A stretch of DNA of 63,950 nucleotides, filler included, from Reclinomonas americana ATCC 50394 (lineage: Eukaryota): the NCBI GenBank assembly GCA_048213135.1. It is 11 parts of 11 records of this genome, joined end to end, with 100 filler letters (N's around TTAATTAATTAA, not from the genome) between each part and the next. Parts side by side here need not be neighbours in the genome. Positions count along the whole stretch, not along the records: positions 48,615 to 54,226 come from AFZH01021099.1; positions 54,327 to 63,950 come from AFZH01021100.1; 9 more parts are not named here. The stretch is one strand, 5' to 3'. Numbering within the stretch: the first letter of the stretch is position 1; each line of letters starts with the position of its first letter. Shown here piece after piece: positions 48,615 to 58,846 of this stretch. The notes below the pieces were generated by a model. The model saw only the letters and a program-made list of their open reading frames with translations. It made no database searches and had not been told where the DNA came from. Position numbers and translations under genes: made by a program.

Positions 48615-50074
48615 CCGGTTTCGACGTCGACGCGATCGTCGCCCGGCTGGGCAGCGCCGAGGCGAAATGCCTCATCGCGGCCCGTGGCTTCCGCCGCCGC
48701 GGCAAATGGATCGACCTGCTGGCGACCGTCGAAGCCGCTCGGGCCCGTCTGCCGAAGCTCGCGGAGATCATTGTCACCGATCCGGAGCCTGCTCCTGACG
48801 AAACGGCCCTCGAGCAGGACTGGCACGCGCTCCTGGCCGCGGGGCCATCCGGCTCGGTCGACGCCGTTTCGATGGCGCCCGACGACCCGTTCATGATCAT
48901 CTTCACCTCGGGGACGACGGGAGCTCCCAAGGGCGCGGTCCACACCCATGGGGGTTTTCCACTCAAGATCGCGCATGACGCCGCGCTGCTCTTTGACCTG
49001 GGCCGGCAGGATGTCTGGCTCTGGCCGGCTGATATGGGCTGGGTCGTCGGGCCGATCACGCTGCTGGGCGCCGGCATGCGCGGCGCGACGCTGATCTGCT
49101 ATGACGGCGCGCCCAATTTTCCGGAAACCGGGCGGCTGTCGCGGTTGATCGCGCGCCATCGCGTCACCCATTTCGGAGCGTCGCCGACCCTGATCCGTAC
49201 GCTCGCCGCTGCTGGGCCGGACGCCGTCCCGGCCGATGCCGACTTGTCTTCGCTGCGTGTCCTGATCACGGCCGGGGAAGTCATCGACCACGAGCATATG
49301 GCCTGGTTCTCGCGAAAAATCGGCGCCGGCCGCTGCCCGGTGATCAATTATACCGGCGGGACCGAGGTCTCGGGGGCGCTGCTCTCCAGCGTCGTGGTCA
49401 GGCCGATCCATTCCACCGAGTTCAACGCGCCGTCCCCGGCGATCGCCGTCGACGTCGTCGATGACAAGGGCCTGCCCGTGGAGAACGAGGCTGGAGAACT
49501 GGTGATCCGCGCGCCGTTCATCGGCATGACCAGGAGCTTCTGGCGGGATGACGCGCGCTACCTCGACAGCTATTGGCAACGCTTTCCGGATCTCTGGCAC
49601 CACGGCGATCTCGCCCTGAAGCGGCGCTCAGGCGATCACGCCCATTCGGTCTTCGAAATCCATGGCCGCTCCGACGACACGCTCAAGATCGCCGGAAAGC
49701 GTGTCGGCCCGGCAGAGGTCGAGGAGATCGCGACCGGCGTGGCCGGGTGCATCGAGGCTGCCGCGATTGGCATCGACGATCCCCTCAAAGGGCAAGCGCT
49801 CGTGCTGTTCGTGGTTGTCGGCGAGGGCAAGGGAGCTGCCGCCGGGCTGGACGTTCTGGGCGAAGAGATCGAACGCCGGCTCGGAAAGCCATTCCGGCCC
49901 TACGCGATTCATGCCGTTTCCAGCCTACCCCGGACCCGCAACGGCAAGATCATGAGGCGAGCAGCGAAGGCCGCCTATCTCGGAGCCGCCATCGGCGATG
50001 TATCCACCATGGACGATGCCTCCGTGCTCCGGCATTTCGCGGACCTGCGCCCAAAGCGCGACGAGCAAAGGTAA
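48615..50074 (+). CDS. AMP-forming acyl-CoA synthetase, 5'-truncated
   Basis: FTSGTTGAPKG, YTGGTE, WHHGD, GRSDDTLKIAGKR, PRTRNGKIMRR. Confidence 0.93.
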
Positions 50075-50099
50075 TCTGAAACACCGAAACAGGTGCCGA

Positions 50100-50500
50100 A
50101 CGGCGACCGGAGGCCGCAAAGTGGACCCGCAATCGTCGAGATGTTCATCGCGGTTTCCTTCGCCGGCATATGCAGCGCCGCGAACCTGCTGATAAAGCGG
50201 TCCAATTCGTCCTTGGGCACGACGCGTTGCGGGCAACGGTTTACAGGGTTCAATACCATTCGTGAGGGGAGGTGCTCGCGATCGGCCAACGCCTGCGCCA
50301 CGGGTGTCTACGCGCATCCTTTTCGCTCGATCTCGCGCAGCGTGAAGTGGCTGTGGTCATGTCCACGTACCAGCGGCTTCGCCTCGTCCGGACCAACTTC
50401 GACCGAGTGCCTCCCTTTCCGATCGGGTTGATATCGGACCCGGGATATTGCCCCGTCGATGACCGGCCTCACGATTTCCATCGCAACAGGAAGTGTGTTT
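50100..50500 (-). pseudogene. Probable TniQ-family C-terminal remnant, frameshifted
   Basis: AMEIVRPVIDG..SVEVGPDEAKPLVRG..TLREIER and, in another frame, HLPSRMVLNPVNRCPQRVV; resembles alphaproteobacterial TniQ tails from memory only. Confidence 0.45.
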
Positions 50501-50569
50501 CGCCGTCGCTGGGAAGGACCACAAGCCACCACCCTCATTCCGGACCATTCAATGGAGTCAGACCAGAGA

Positions 50570-51586
50570 CTAAGAAGGGGCAGTGAGCTCCTTGCTTGCT
50601 GGTGTTTCATCCGCACGGAATGTCCCGGAATCTGTACCCGCTGCCAGAATCGATCCAAAAAGCTCTGGCCTATTATAGTGACCCGCAAAATCATGAATGA
50701 ATTTCGGTATGATGACGTCCGACAAACTGACGTCTGCGTACAGAATATCTTCCCCGGGCGGCAGCGGGCCGGCAACGATATTTCCGCCCGGGCCTATGAT
50801 GCAGGTCCCGCCGTGATTGGTCGCTTCTTCCAGGAACGCGCGCGCCTGTGCGTCCAGCCCATACGCATCGATGATCGAGCTGTCGACGGCTGCACAACTA
50901 TTGATGACGAAGCACTTCAGGGCATAGGCCAATCCCTGCGTGATGACCGCGATGACCTCCGCCATGCCCAGCCCGTCCAGCGCGAGGCCGGGCCCGAAAT
51001 GAGACGGCCAGGAGGCGACGTGCACGAGCGGATAGTCGAGGCCGATCGAATACTGGAAGAGCGGGTTTGCGTTCTCGCCGCAAAGCAGGCCGCTCACCGT
51101 GCCGATATCCGTCGTCATTGAAGCCTTGCGCCCCGTTGTGCCGGGCGTGTGAACAACCCGCTCGCCGATCGTCGGGACGATCTTCTGATGCTTGTGCCGC
51201 AGAAAGCCGTCTCGATCGAAGAAGAGCTGGGTGTTGAACAACGAACCCGTCGTGCCGGCGCGCTTTTCGTTGATGCCGATGATCGCGATGACCCCCGCCT
51301 CCCGGCAGGCTCCCGAGAGGGCGTCGATACAGGGCCCCGGGACTTCGACGGCGTTCCTGAACAGCTTCTGCGAGAGCGTCAGAGCCAGTTCCGAGGTCGC
51401 CGGGATGAGCTCCTGCCAGCCCGGATGCCCGGGTATGAAGCCCTCGGGGAATCCGACGACATCGGCTCCCTTGCGCCCTGCTTCGAGGATCAGGCTGCAG
51501 GCTTTCCGCGTGCTGCGTTCGCAGTCCAGGAAAACGGGCGTGGCTTGAACGGCGGCCAGGCGAACGGTCTTGTCCAGATTGGGCAT
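50570..51586 (-). CDS. Nitrilase / carbon-nitrogen hydrolase
   Basis: Catalytic triad contexts FPEGFIPG, HQKIVPT, LCGEN; DFAGHYNRPE. Confidence 0.92.
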   Translation of the reverse strand: MPNLDKTVRLAAVQATPVFLDCERSTRKACSLILEAGRKGADVVGFPEGFIPGHPGWQELIPATSELALTLSQKLFRNAVEVPGPCIDALSGACREAGVIAIIGINEKRAGTTGSLFNTQLFFDRDGFLRHKHQKIVPTIGERVVHTPGTTGRKASMTTDIGTVSGLLCGENANPLFQYSIGLDYPLVHVASWPSHFGPGLALDGLGMAEVIAVITQGLAYALKCFVINSCAAVDSSIIDAYGLDAQARAFLEEATNHGGTCIIGPGGNIVAGPLPPGEDILYADVSLSDVIIPKFIHDFAGHYNRPELFGSILAAGTDSGTFRADETPASKELTAPS

Positions 51587-51694
51587 CGGATCCTCATCAT
51601 ACCGGTGTGGTTCGTGATGGTGTGTCTCTAGGGCTCCCGGAGCGGGGCCTCGTCGTCTCGTTCGGACGGGCTTCGAGCGAGAGCGCGCATCGGT

Positions 51695-53005
51695 TCAGTC
51701 CAGGGGCCGATGCGCGGTCTCTCGCATGGTGAGGAGCGTCGCCAGCCCGAGCAGGGACGCCGCGATGACATAGAAGCTGGGAGCGATCGACAGCCCCGTC
51801 GCTGCAATCAGCCAGGTCGCGACGAACGGAGCGAAGCCTCCGGCGACTGCTACCGCTACGCTGTAGGACGCCGACAGCCAGCCGGAGCGGATTCGCGTCG
51901 GGAAGATTTCGATCAGGGCCGCCGTCGCGGGGCCGGAGATCGCGGCCAGTGCGATCCCGAAGATGATCTGGATGCCGGTCAGCATGAGCAGCGAGGCGCC
52001 GTCGAGAAGGATCACGAACAGCGGATAGCTGAGAAGCGCGAAGGCCAGGCATCCCGCCGCGAGCACCGGCCGTCGCCCGACGCGATCGGACAGAAGGCCC
52101 ATCAGAGGCAGAACCAGCGTGTAGACGATGATGCCCACCGTGTTGGCCCAAAGCGCCTCGCTCGAGGACATGCCGAGCTGCTTCTGTGCGAAGGAGGGTA
52201 GATAGGCGAGGAAGATGTAGAATTCGACGGACCAGGCCGATGCCAGCCCGAGCACCTGCAGGGCCCGGCCGAAGGATCCACGCTGAGTCGGGGCCGCCGG
52301 CGCTGCCTTTACCGCCTCGAACATCGGTGTCTCGCCGACCATCCTGCGCACGTAAAACCCGATCGGCACGAGGATGACGCCGATCAGGAAAGGCACCCGC
52401 CAGCCCCAAGCATCGACGACGTTCGATGCGAGGATGGAGCTCAACAGCGCCGCGGTGAAGGATCCGAGCAGGATGCCGATCGACGCGCTGAATTGATTGA
52501 AGCTGCCATAGAAGCCGCGGTGGCGCTCGGGTGCCCATTCGACCATGAAGGCCGCAGCAACCGCCCATTCGCCGCCGAGCGAAAAGCCTTGCAGCAGCCG
52601 AACCATGACCAGCAGGATCGGCGCCACGATCCCGATCGTCTCGTAGGTCGGCAGCAAGCCCATCGCGAAGGTCGAGACCGCCATGATGAAGAACGTCACG
52701 AGCATGACCGGCTTGCGGCCGAGCCGATCGCCGAGACGACCGAGGACGACGCCTCCCAGAGGGCGGGCGACGAAGCCGACGCCGAAGGTCGCGAATGTGA
52801 GAAGCAGGGAGGTGACCTCGTCGGCCGGAAAGAACTTCCTGCTGATCGTCAGCGCCATGTACCCGTAAATGGTGAATTCGTACCATTCGAGCATATGGCC
52901 GATGCCGGCGGCGGCGATCGCTCGCCGGGCGCCGGTGCGGTCAGGCACCGGCACGCTGTGTTCGGATGGCTCGGAATAGGCCGTCGCTGGCATGCTCATT
53001 TGCAT
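51695..53005 (-). CDS. MFS metabolite:H+ symporter (ProP/MHS family)
   Basis: GHMLEWYEF, RPLGG..GDRLGRK, RLLQGFSLGGEW. Confidence 0.93.
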   Translation of the reverse strand: MQMSMPATAYSEPSEHSVPVPDRTGARRAIAAAGIGHMLEWYEFTIYGYMALTISRKFFPADEVTSLLLTFATFGVGFVARPLGGVVLGRLGDRLGRKPVMLVTFFIMAVSTFAMGLLPTYETIGIVAPILLVMVRLLQGFSLGGEWAVAAAFMVEWAPERHRGFYGSFNQFSASIGILLGSFTAALLSSILASNVVDAWGWRVPFLIGVILVPIGFYVRRMVGETPMFEAVKAAPAAPTQRGSFGRALQVLGLASAWSVEFYIFLAYLPSFAQKQLGMSSSEALWANTVGIIVYTLVLPLMGLLSDRVGRRPVLAAGCLAFALLSYPLFVILLDGASLLMLTGIQIIFGIALAAISGPATAALIEIFPTRIRSGWLSASYSVAVAVAGGFAPFVATWLIAATGLSIAPSFYVIAASLLGLATLLTMRETAHRPLD

Positions 53006-53082
53006 CTCCCCTCAGGGGCTCGCAGTTCGCGATGCTCCCACGGGGTCTAGATACAATTACTCGACTTATACGTGGTCAATCG

Positions 53083-53107
53083 ATATATTGATACCATGAC
53101 AATATAT
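53083..53107. promoter_or_regulatory. Palindromic operator candidate over the MocR start codon
   Basis: ATATATTG-N9-CAATATAT; 18-bp core identical to 55053-55070. Confidence 0.65.
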
Positions 53108-54595
53108 GTGCCAACACTCTCGGTCAGCGCTGCCTCGAAAGCCGACAGGATCGCGACGGCGATCGAGGCCGACATCAAGCTCGGTCGCCTGCAACCCGGC
53201 GCGCAGCTTCCGACGCATCGCGCGCTTGCGCTCGCCTTGAAGGTCACGCCGGGCACGGTCAGCCGCGCCTATGCCCTGCTCGAACAGCAAGGTTTGCTCA
53301 GGGGGGAGGTCGGTCGCGGAACCTTCGTCGCGGATCCGAAGCTGCGCTCGCCCGACGTCGTCGTCTCGGCGTCTCTGGCCGCCGCGTCGACCATCGACCT
53401 CGCGGTCAATCGCAACGCGTCGAAATGGGTCGAGGCGGCGGTTGCCGAGGCGCTTCTGTCACTCGATCGCGATGCGATGCTCGGCACGCTGATGACCTAC
53501 CAGCCCGACAGCGGCATGGTCAGGCATCGCGTCGCATGGACCCAGTTTCTCAAGGGCCTCGGAGTCGAAGCTCATCCGGATCGCCTCATCCTGACGGCGG
53601 GCGCGCAGCACGCGACCTTTCTCATCCTTTCGGTCCTGGCTTCCCCCGGGGACGTCATTCTCGCGGAGGACTTCACCTATGCCGGCTTCAAGGCGCTGGC
53701 GGATGAGCTTCGCATGCGCCCGGAGCCAGTCCGCATGGATGGGGAAGGCATCCTGCCCGACGATCTCGAGCGCGTCGCGAGGGCTACGGGGGCCAAATGG
53801 CTGTATCTCATGCCTCAGGTTCAAAACCCGACGATGGCCCGGATGCCGCCTCACCGACGGCAGGCCTTGCTCGCGGTCGCCCGAGCGCTCGACCTCCGGA
53901 TCATCGAGGACGGAGTCTATGATCCCCTCCGTCCGAGTGCGGTGGCGTCGCTCGTCACCCTCGATCCCGAACGGGTCTTCTACGTGACGAGCCTGTCGAA
54001 ATGCCTCGCCCCCGGGCTGCGGATCGGCTGCATCGTCGCCCCCGAAAGTTGGAGCAACCGGCTAGCCCGGGCGATCCGGCGTTCGATGTGGATGATTCCC
54101 GTTCTCGGCGCGGAGCTCAGCACACGCTGGATCGAAACGCAGGAGATGCCTTCGCTGCTGAGGAAGCAGCGCCGCGAACTGGAGCAACGCAGCGCCTGCT
54201 TGCGGAGCATTCTGCCGGATTTGACGNNNNNNNNNNNNNNNNNNNNNNNNNNNNNNNNNNNNNNNNNNNNTTAATTAATTAANNNNNNNNNNNNNNNNNN
54301 NNNNNNNNNNNNNNNNNNNNNNNNNNATTTGACGAAGGATGCGACCCTCGACTGCGGCTTTGCCTGGCTCAAGCTACCCGATGAGGTCCGCAGCGAGAGC
54401 GTTGTCGCCGCAGCCCAGGAGCTCGGCGTCATGATCGCGCCAACAGAGGCGTTCACGTTACGAAAAGGAGCGGGCTCCGGCTTCATCCGCCTGAATCTGA
54501 GCGCCTCCGGCAGCCTGGGCGAGCTCCAGCTCGCGCTTCAGAAGATCCAGCCGCTTCTTCGAGGCGCGTCGCTCAACGATCGCGGTTACTATTAA
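53096..54595 (+). CDS. MocR/GabR-family regulator (GntR HTH plus PLP aminotransferase-like domain), split by spacer
   Basis: LPTHRALA..VSRAY..GRGTFV; QNPT, IIEDGVY, SLSKCLAPGLRIG; contig ends overlap by ATTTGACG and join in frame (about 463 aa). Confidence 0.92.
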
Positions 54596-54658
54596 GGCAT
54601 CGGCCGGGAAGCGGTTTTCACTGCCCGGACCAATGCCGTGGCGCCTTCTCTTGGCCGC

Positions 54659-55042
54659 TCAGGTCGGGACCGGGGTCTCGGCGTGACCTGGCTGGTCTCC
54701 GTCGCCCAGCCGAATGAAATCATAGGCGCCAAATCCCTGGAGATTGACGAAATGGCAATCTCCACCGTCGAGGCATGTGACGCGGTGCTCGCATCCGGGG
54801 GCGACCGCGCAATACCCTCCCGGCCCGAGCTCCATGCATTGATCGGGCCCGCGCGTCTCGACCTTCAGACGGCCCGATACCACCCAGAAGTGGTCGATCA
54901 CATTCGTATGACGATGCCAGGGAACCTGCTGCCCTGAAGCGAAGGTCGCGTCGAGAACGCGCAGGATCGGCGTCTCGATCGCCACCTCGATCCGGTCGGC
55001 ATCGTAATGCCGTTCCCAGGGGCGCTTCGTCGAGGCGTTCAT
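54659..55042 (-). CDS. Cupin-domain protein
   Basis: VPWHRH..FWVVSGRL..VAPGCEHRV; AGGAG RBS. Confidence 0.85.
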   Translation of the reverse strand: MNASTKRPWERHYDADRIEVAIETPILRVLDATFASGQQVPWHRHTNVIDHFWVVSGRLKVETRGPDQCMELGPGGYCAVAPGCEHRVTCLDGGDCHFVNLQGFGAYDFIRLGDGDQPGHAETPVPT

Positions 55043-55052
55043 TGCGGACTCC

Positions 55053-55070
55053 TATTGATACCATGACAAT
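55053..55070. promoter_or_regulatory. Second copy of the MocR operator candidate, abutting the cupin RBS
   Basis: TATTGATACCATGACAAT identical to 53086-53103. Confidence 0.65.
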
Positions 55071-55351
55071 TATCAGATTGACACGATATCAGCATGGCTT
55101 TCTCATAGCGTCAATGAGCGCTTTGCGACGTGCCGTGGCGCCGCCCGCCCTATCGCTTTCGGCAGGCTCGCGCAGGCTGAACGAAATGGTCGATATGAGG
55201 AGGTGGGAGTCTTGGCGTCGGTGCAATGGAGAGGCCCGCAAGGTGCGCTGGAGTTGCGATGCTCCCTCGCCGATCCGACCGCGCTCGCAGTCCGAACACG
55301 CCAGCCGGCGTGCCGGTCATTTGGCCGGTTCAATCACAGGAGCCAACGAGG

Positions 55352-55789
55352 ATGAGCAGCGATTTGGCCGGGTCCGACTTCCGGTTCGTGGATCATCTGA
55401 CTGCGCCTCAAACGTCTCAGCTGCATGAGCTGTATCAGCAGGAGTGGTGGACCAATACCCGCAGCCTGGAGCAGACCAAGCAGGTTGTCGCCCATTCATC
55501 GCTCCTGATCGGCATCGTCACTGCAGACAGCCGCCTTGTCGGGTTCGCCCGCGTATTGACGGACTTCACGATCAAGGCCCTGGTGCTGGATGTGATCGTC
55601 GCAGAAGCCTTCCGCGATCGACGGCTTGGCTATGCCCTCATGCAGCGCATCATCGAGCACCCGAAGCTCAGGCACATCGGCGATTTCGAGCTGTACTGCC
55701 TACCTGACATGGAGGCGTTCTATCGCAAATGGGCCTTTACGAGCGACATTCCCCAGTTGCGGTTCATGCGCTTTCGACGGCCCCGCTGA
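55352..55789 (+). CDS. GNAT-family acetyltransferase
   Basis: LVGFARVLTD..DVIVAEAFRDRRLG..FYRKWAF. Confidence 0.88.
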   Translation: MSSDLAGSDFRFVDHLTAPQTSQLHELYQQEWWTNTRSLEQTKQVVAHSSLLIGIVTADSRLVGFARVLTDFTIKALVLDVIVAEAFRDRRLGYALMQRIIEHPKLRHIGDFELYCLPDMEAFYRKWAFTSDIPQLRFMRFRRPR

Positions 55790-56003
55790 AGAGATGTGTG
55801 GTCGTCGCGAACCGGGGGATGCCGGCTGCATAGCTCTTCCTGGAATAATCCGAGTCAACGGCGAAGCTTATCTGGACGCGACAAATCATAACTCTGGCAT
55901 CATCTCATCGCTGCCGAGCCAGGGGCTTGATGAGGGGCTGCCACGATGGCTCGCGCAAACCCGGAGCATAATCATGAAATCGGAGCCAGCACCGATATTC
56001 AAT

Positions 56004-56170
56004 ATGGCAACATTGACACCAAAAAGAGAGATGGTGCGGAAATCTTATAAAGAGACGTGGGACCATGCCAATGTCTCCCTGATCTCAGAGATTTTTCATG
56101 AAGCTTTCACGTTCCGAGGGTCTCTCGATCCTACACTGGTTGAGCATGTGCAATTCTGCGCGAACCAATT
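56004..56170 (+). pseudogene. SnoaL-like/ester cyclase N-terminal fragment
   Basis: VRKSYKETWD..EIFHEAFTFRGSL, then similarity is lost. Confidence 0.55.
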
Positions 56171-56291
56171 TAACGGGGGTGGACCAACCATCGGTATCGC
56201 CTTCGCCTTCCGCGTCCCACGCCCAAACTGCGCATAGTCGCAGTTGCAAACAAAGCGTGAGCGAATACGAGAAGGAAAAAATCTCTCGCCG

Positions 56292-57188
56292 CTATGATGG
56301 TTTTTGAGGTGTGTGTATTGCGACGGCGACCATCACCAGGGCTATCCCGGCAAAGTCTCGTGGCGTCGGAATTTGTGCGAGTACAATCGCCGCAATAACT
56401 GTGGCGGTTGCTGGCAGGATTGCCAGAAACAGCGCGAACGTGGCACGCGGCAGGCGGGACATAGCGAGCTGGTCGGCTATGTAGGGAATGACCGAAGAGC
56501 ATAGGCCCACCGCAACGCCGGCCAACACTAATTCGAGCGTTCCGAACGCTTTGGCTGCCTCGATGAAGCCGATCGGCATGAGGATGATGAAGGCGACCGC
56601 CATCGCTGCTCCGAGCCGCTCTACTCCGCCGCTGGCCCCGCCTTCGGCGGCTTTGTGCCCAAGCACGATATAGGCGACGAAAAGGGCGGCATTCAGCGAG
56701 GCCCAGAACAGGCCAAGGAGGTCCGTCGACCATTTCAGGTCGATCAGGATGAAAACTCCGAGCACTGCTAGGGCCAGCGCCAGAACATTTCGCCCAATGC
56801 GCACGCCATAGAGAGCAACGCCGATGGTGCCAACGAACTCCATCGCTGCAACCAGGCTCATGGGAAGGCGGTCGAGGGCGAGGTAGAAAGCGGTGTTCAT
56901 CGTGGCGAGGCAGACGCCGAGCCCAAACAGCAGCCATCTCGTCTTTGCATCGACCTGGCGGAGGGTGCGCCAAGGCTGTGTGAACGGGGCGAATATGAGC
57001 GCTGCAGAGGCAATCCTGAACCACGCGACACCAAGTACGCCCACGAACGGGAACAGCAGCACTGCGAAAGACGGTCCCAGGTAGTGGAAGACGGCACTTA
57101 CTCCAAACCAAGCCTGTGGGGGGACGGCTTCGGCGGCTCTGTTCAGTGTGAGATTCGATGGCGGCATAGTTTGCTCCCTCGCCATCAT
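56292..57188 (-). CDS. EamA/RhtA-like DMT exporter
   Basis: Ten predicted TM segments; MNTAFYLALDRLP, LCSSVIPY. Confidence 0.88.
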   Translation of the reverse strand: MMAREQTMPPSNLTLNRAAEAVPPQAWFGVSAVFHYLGPSFAVLLFPFVGVLGVAWFRIASAALIFAPFTQPWRTLRQVDAKTRWLLFGLGVCLATMNTAFYLALDRLPMSLVAAMEFVGTIGVALYGVRIGRNVLALALAVLGVFILIDLKWSTDLLGLFWASLNAALFVAYIVLGHKAAEGGASGGVERLGAAMAVAFIILMPIGFIEAAKAFGTLELVLAGVAVGLCSSVIPYIADQLAMSRLPRATFALFLAILPATATVIAAIVLAQIPTPRDFAGIALVMVAVAIHTPQKPS

Positions 57189-57268
57189 TATGAAAAGACC
57201 ATGGCGGGGAATGAATGGGTAATATAAGGTTTTTGTAGAAATTCTCTACAGAATGATAGGAAAATCAG

Positions 57269-57745
57269 ATGAAACGCCTTCGATATGGAAGCGGCGATGT
57301 GGACGGGGTGGACTTGAAATTGCTCGAGGCGCTGGCGGCAGATGCGCGAACTAGCGTGGCGGAGTTGGCGCGGATGGTCGGACTATCCTCGCCGAGTGTT
57401 TCGGAAAGAATCAGGCGATTGGAGGATGCAGGCGTAATCGAAGGCTATGCCGCCAAGATCAATCCGAAGGCAATTGGCCTCCCGCTTGCTGCCTGGCTCC
57501 GTATTCGGCCGATTCCTGGGCAATTGAGAAAGGTTGCCGAAATTTTGCGGGACATTCCCGAGGTGACAGAGTGCGACCGCGTAACTGGAGAGGACTGCTT
57601 CATCGCCCGCGCCCATGTGGCTACCGTGGAGGGGCTTGAGCAGCTTATCGACAAGCTCATCCCCTATTCGATGACGAACACATCGATCATTCAATCATCT
57701 CCCGTTCCCCGCAGGCTGCCGCCGATGAAGGCGCTGTCAGACTAA
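57269..57745 (+). CDS. Lrp/AsnC-family regulator, divergent from the exporter
   Basis: DARTSVAELARMVGLSSPSVSERIRRLEDAGVIEGY, VTGEDCF. Confidence 0.93.
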   Translation: MKRLRYGSGDVDGVDLKLLEALAADARTSVAELARMVGLSSPSVSERIRRLEDAGVIEGYAAKINPKAIGLPLAAWLRIRPIPGQLRKVAEILRDIPEVTECDRVTGEDCFIARAHVATVEGLEQLIDKLIPYSMTNTSIIQSSPVPRRLPPMKALSD

Positions 57746-58056
57746 CTCGTGTTGAAGTGCTAACCTGACCTTTTACTGATGCGGCCGGAACTGATCGGTA
57801 CTAGACGTAACGCCACCGACCTCCATGCCCTGCCAACCATCTGCAGCGCGCCCCAGGTCGAGGACGTCGCTTGCTTTCGCGACATGATACTCAGCGGCGC
57901 CGCCCAACTACGAGTTGGAGTGGCCTGTCCCGATTAAGTGGACGGGCTTCTCCTCATCAGTCGCGATCCTGCAGGCGTCGGCCTTCGCCTCCTGTTCCGT
58001 TCTGCCTCAGCGAGGCTGACGGTTTTCCAAGAGTCGAAACCCTGTCACGAGATGCT

Positions 58057-58846
58057 TCAAGCGTAAACGGCGTTCAGGGACGGGACCGTGACAGTTGCCG
58101 TTGGCTGGTCGAGCATGAGCTTGCCGTGACGCATCGCGACGATACGATCGGCGTAGCGGCGCGCGAGATCGGTCTGGTGCAAGCTGCATAGAACTGCAAT
58201 GCCGCGTTCGCGAGCGATGTCGCGCAGCACGCCGAGCACGTTGGCGGCCGCTGCAGGGTCCAGGCTCGCCACCGGCTCGTCAGCGAGAACGAGCCGGCTT
58301 TGCTGCGCCAGCACGCGGGCGATAGCGACGCGTTGCTGCTGCCCGCCGGACAGCGAATCGGCTCGCTGATAGGCCTTGTCCAGCAAGCCGACCCGGTCCA
58401 GCGCCGCAAGCGCGAGCTGCCGGTCGTCAGCCGAGAATTGCCGCAGCAGGACCCGCCATGTCGGAGCATGGCCCAGCCGTCCCGCCAAAGTGTTGTCGAG
58501 TGCCGTCGAGCGCCCGATCAGATTGAACTGCTGGAAAATGAGACCGATGCCGCGCCGATGCTCCCGCAGCGCCCGTCTGTCCATCCCCAGCCATGTCCTG
58601 GCCCAGCACGGCGACTCGGCCGCCATCGATTGTCGCCAGCCGCGAGATGCAACGGAAAACCGTCGATTTCCCGGCTCCGCTCGGCCCTAGCAAGGCGACA
58701 ACCTCTCCCGGGGCGATCGAGAAGCTGACATCGTCCAGCGCGAACGAAGCACCGTAACGCTTCCTGACACGGTCGAGCAGTAAAGCGGGCTGCGATTGCG
58801 CCATCGCCATCTCCGCGGATATCGCGATTCTGTCGAGAACGGTCAT
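58057..58846 (-). pseudogene. phnC: PhnC-like ABC ATPase with a +1 frameshift (pseudogene or sequencing error)
   Basis: GPSGAGKST in one frame; IFQQFNL, LSGGQQQRV, ADEPVASLDP in another; switch at a G4 run (58585-58588). Confidence 0.85.

Noticed and set aside
57920..57950. IS3-like terminal inverted repeat (TGGCCTGTCCCGATTAAGTGGAC)
   Set aside because: No partner repeat or adjacent transposase found; too weak
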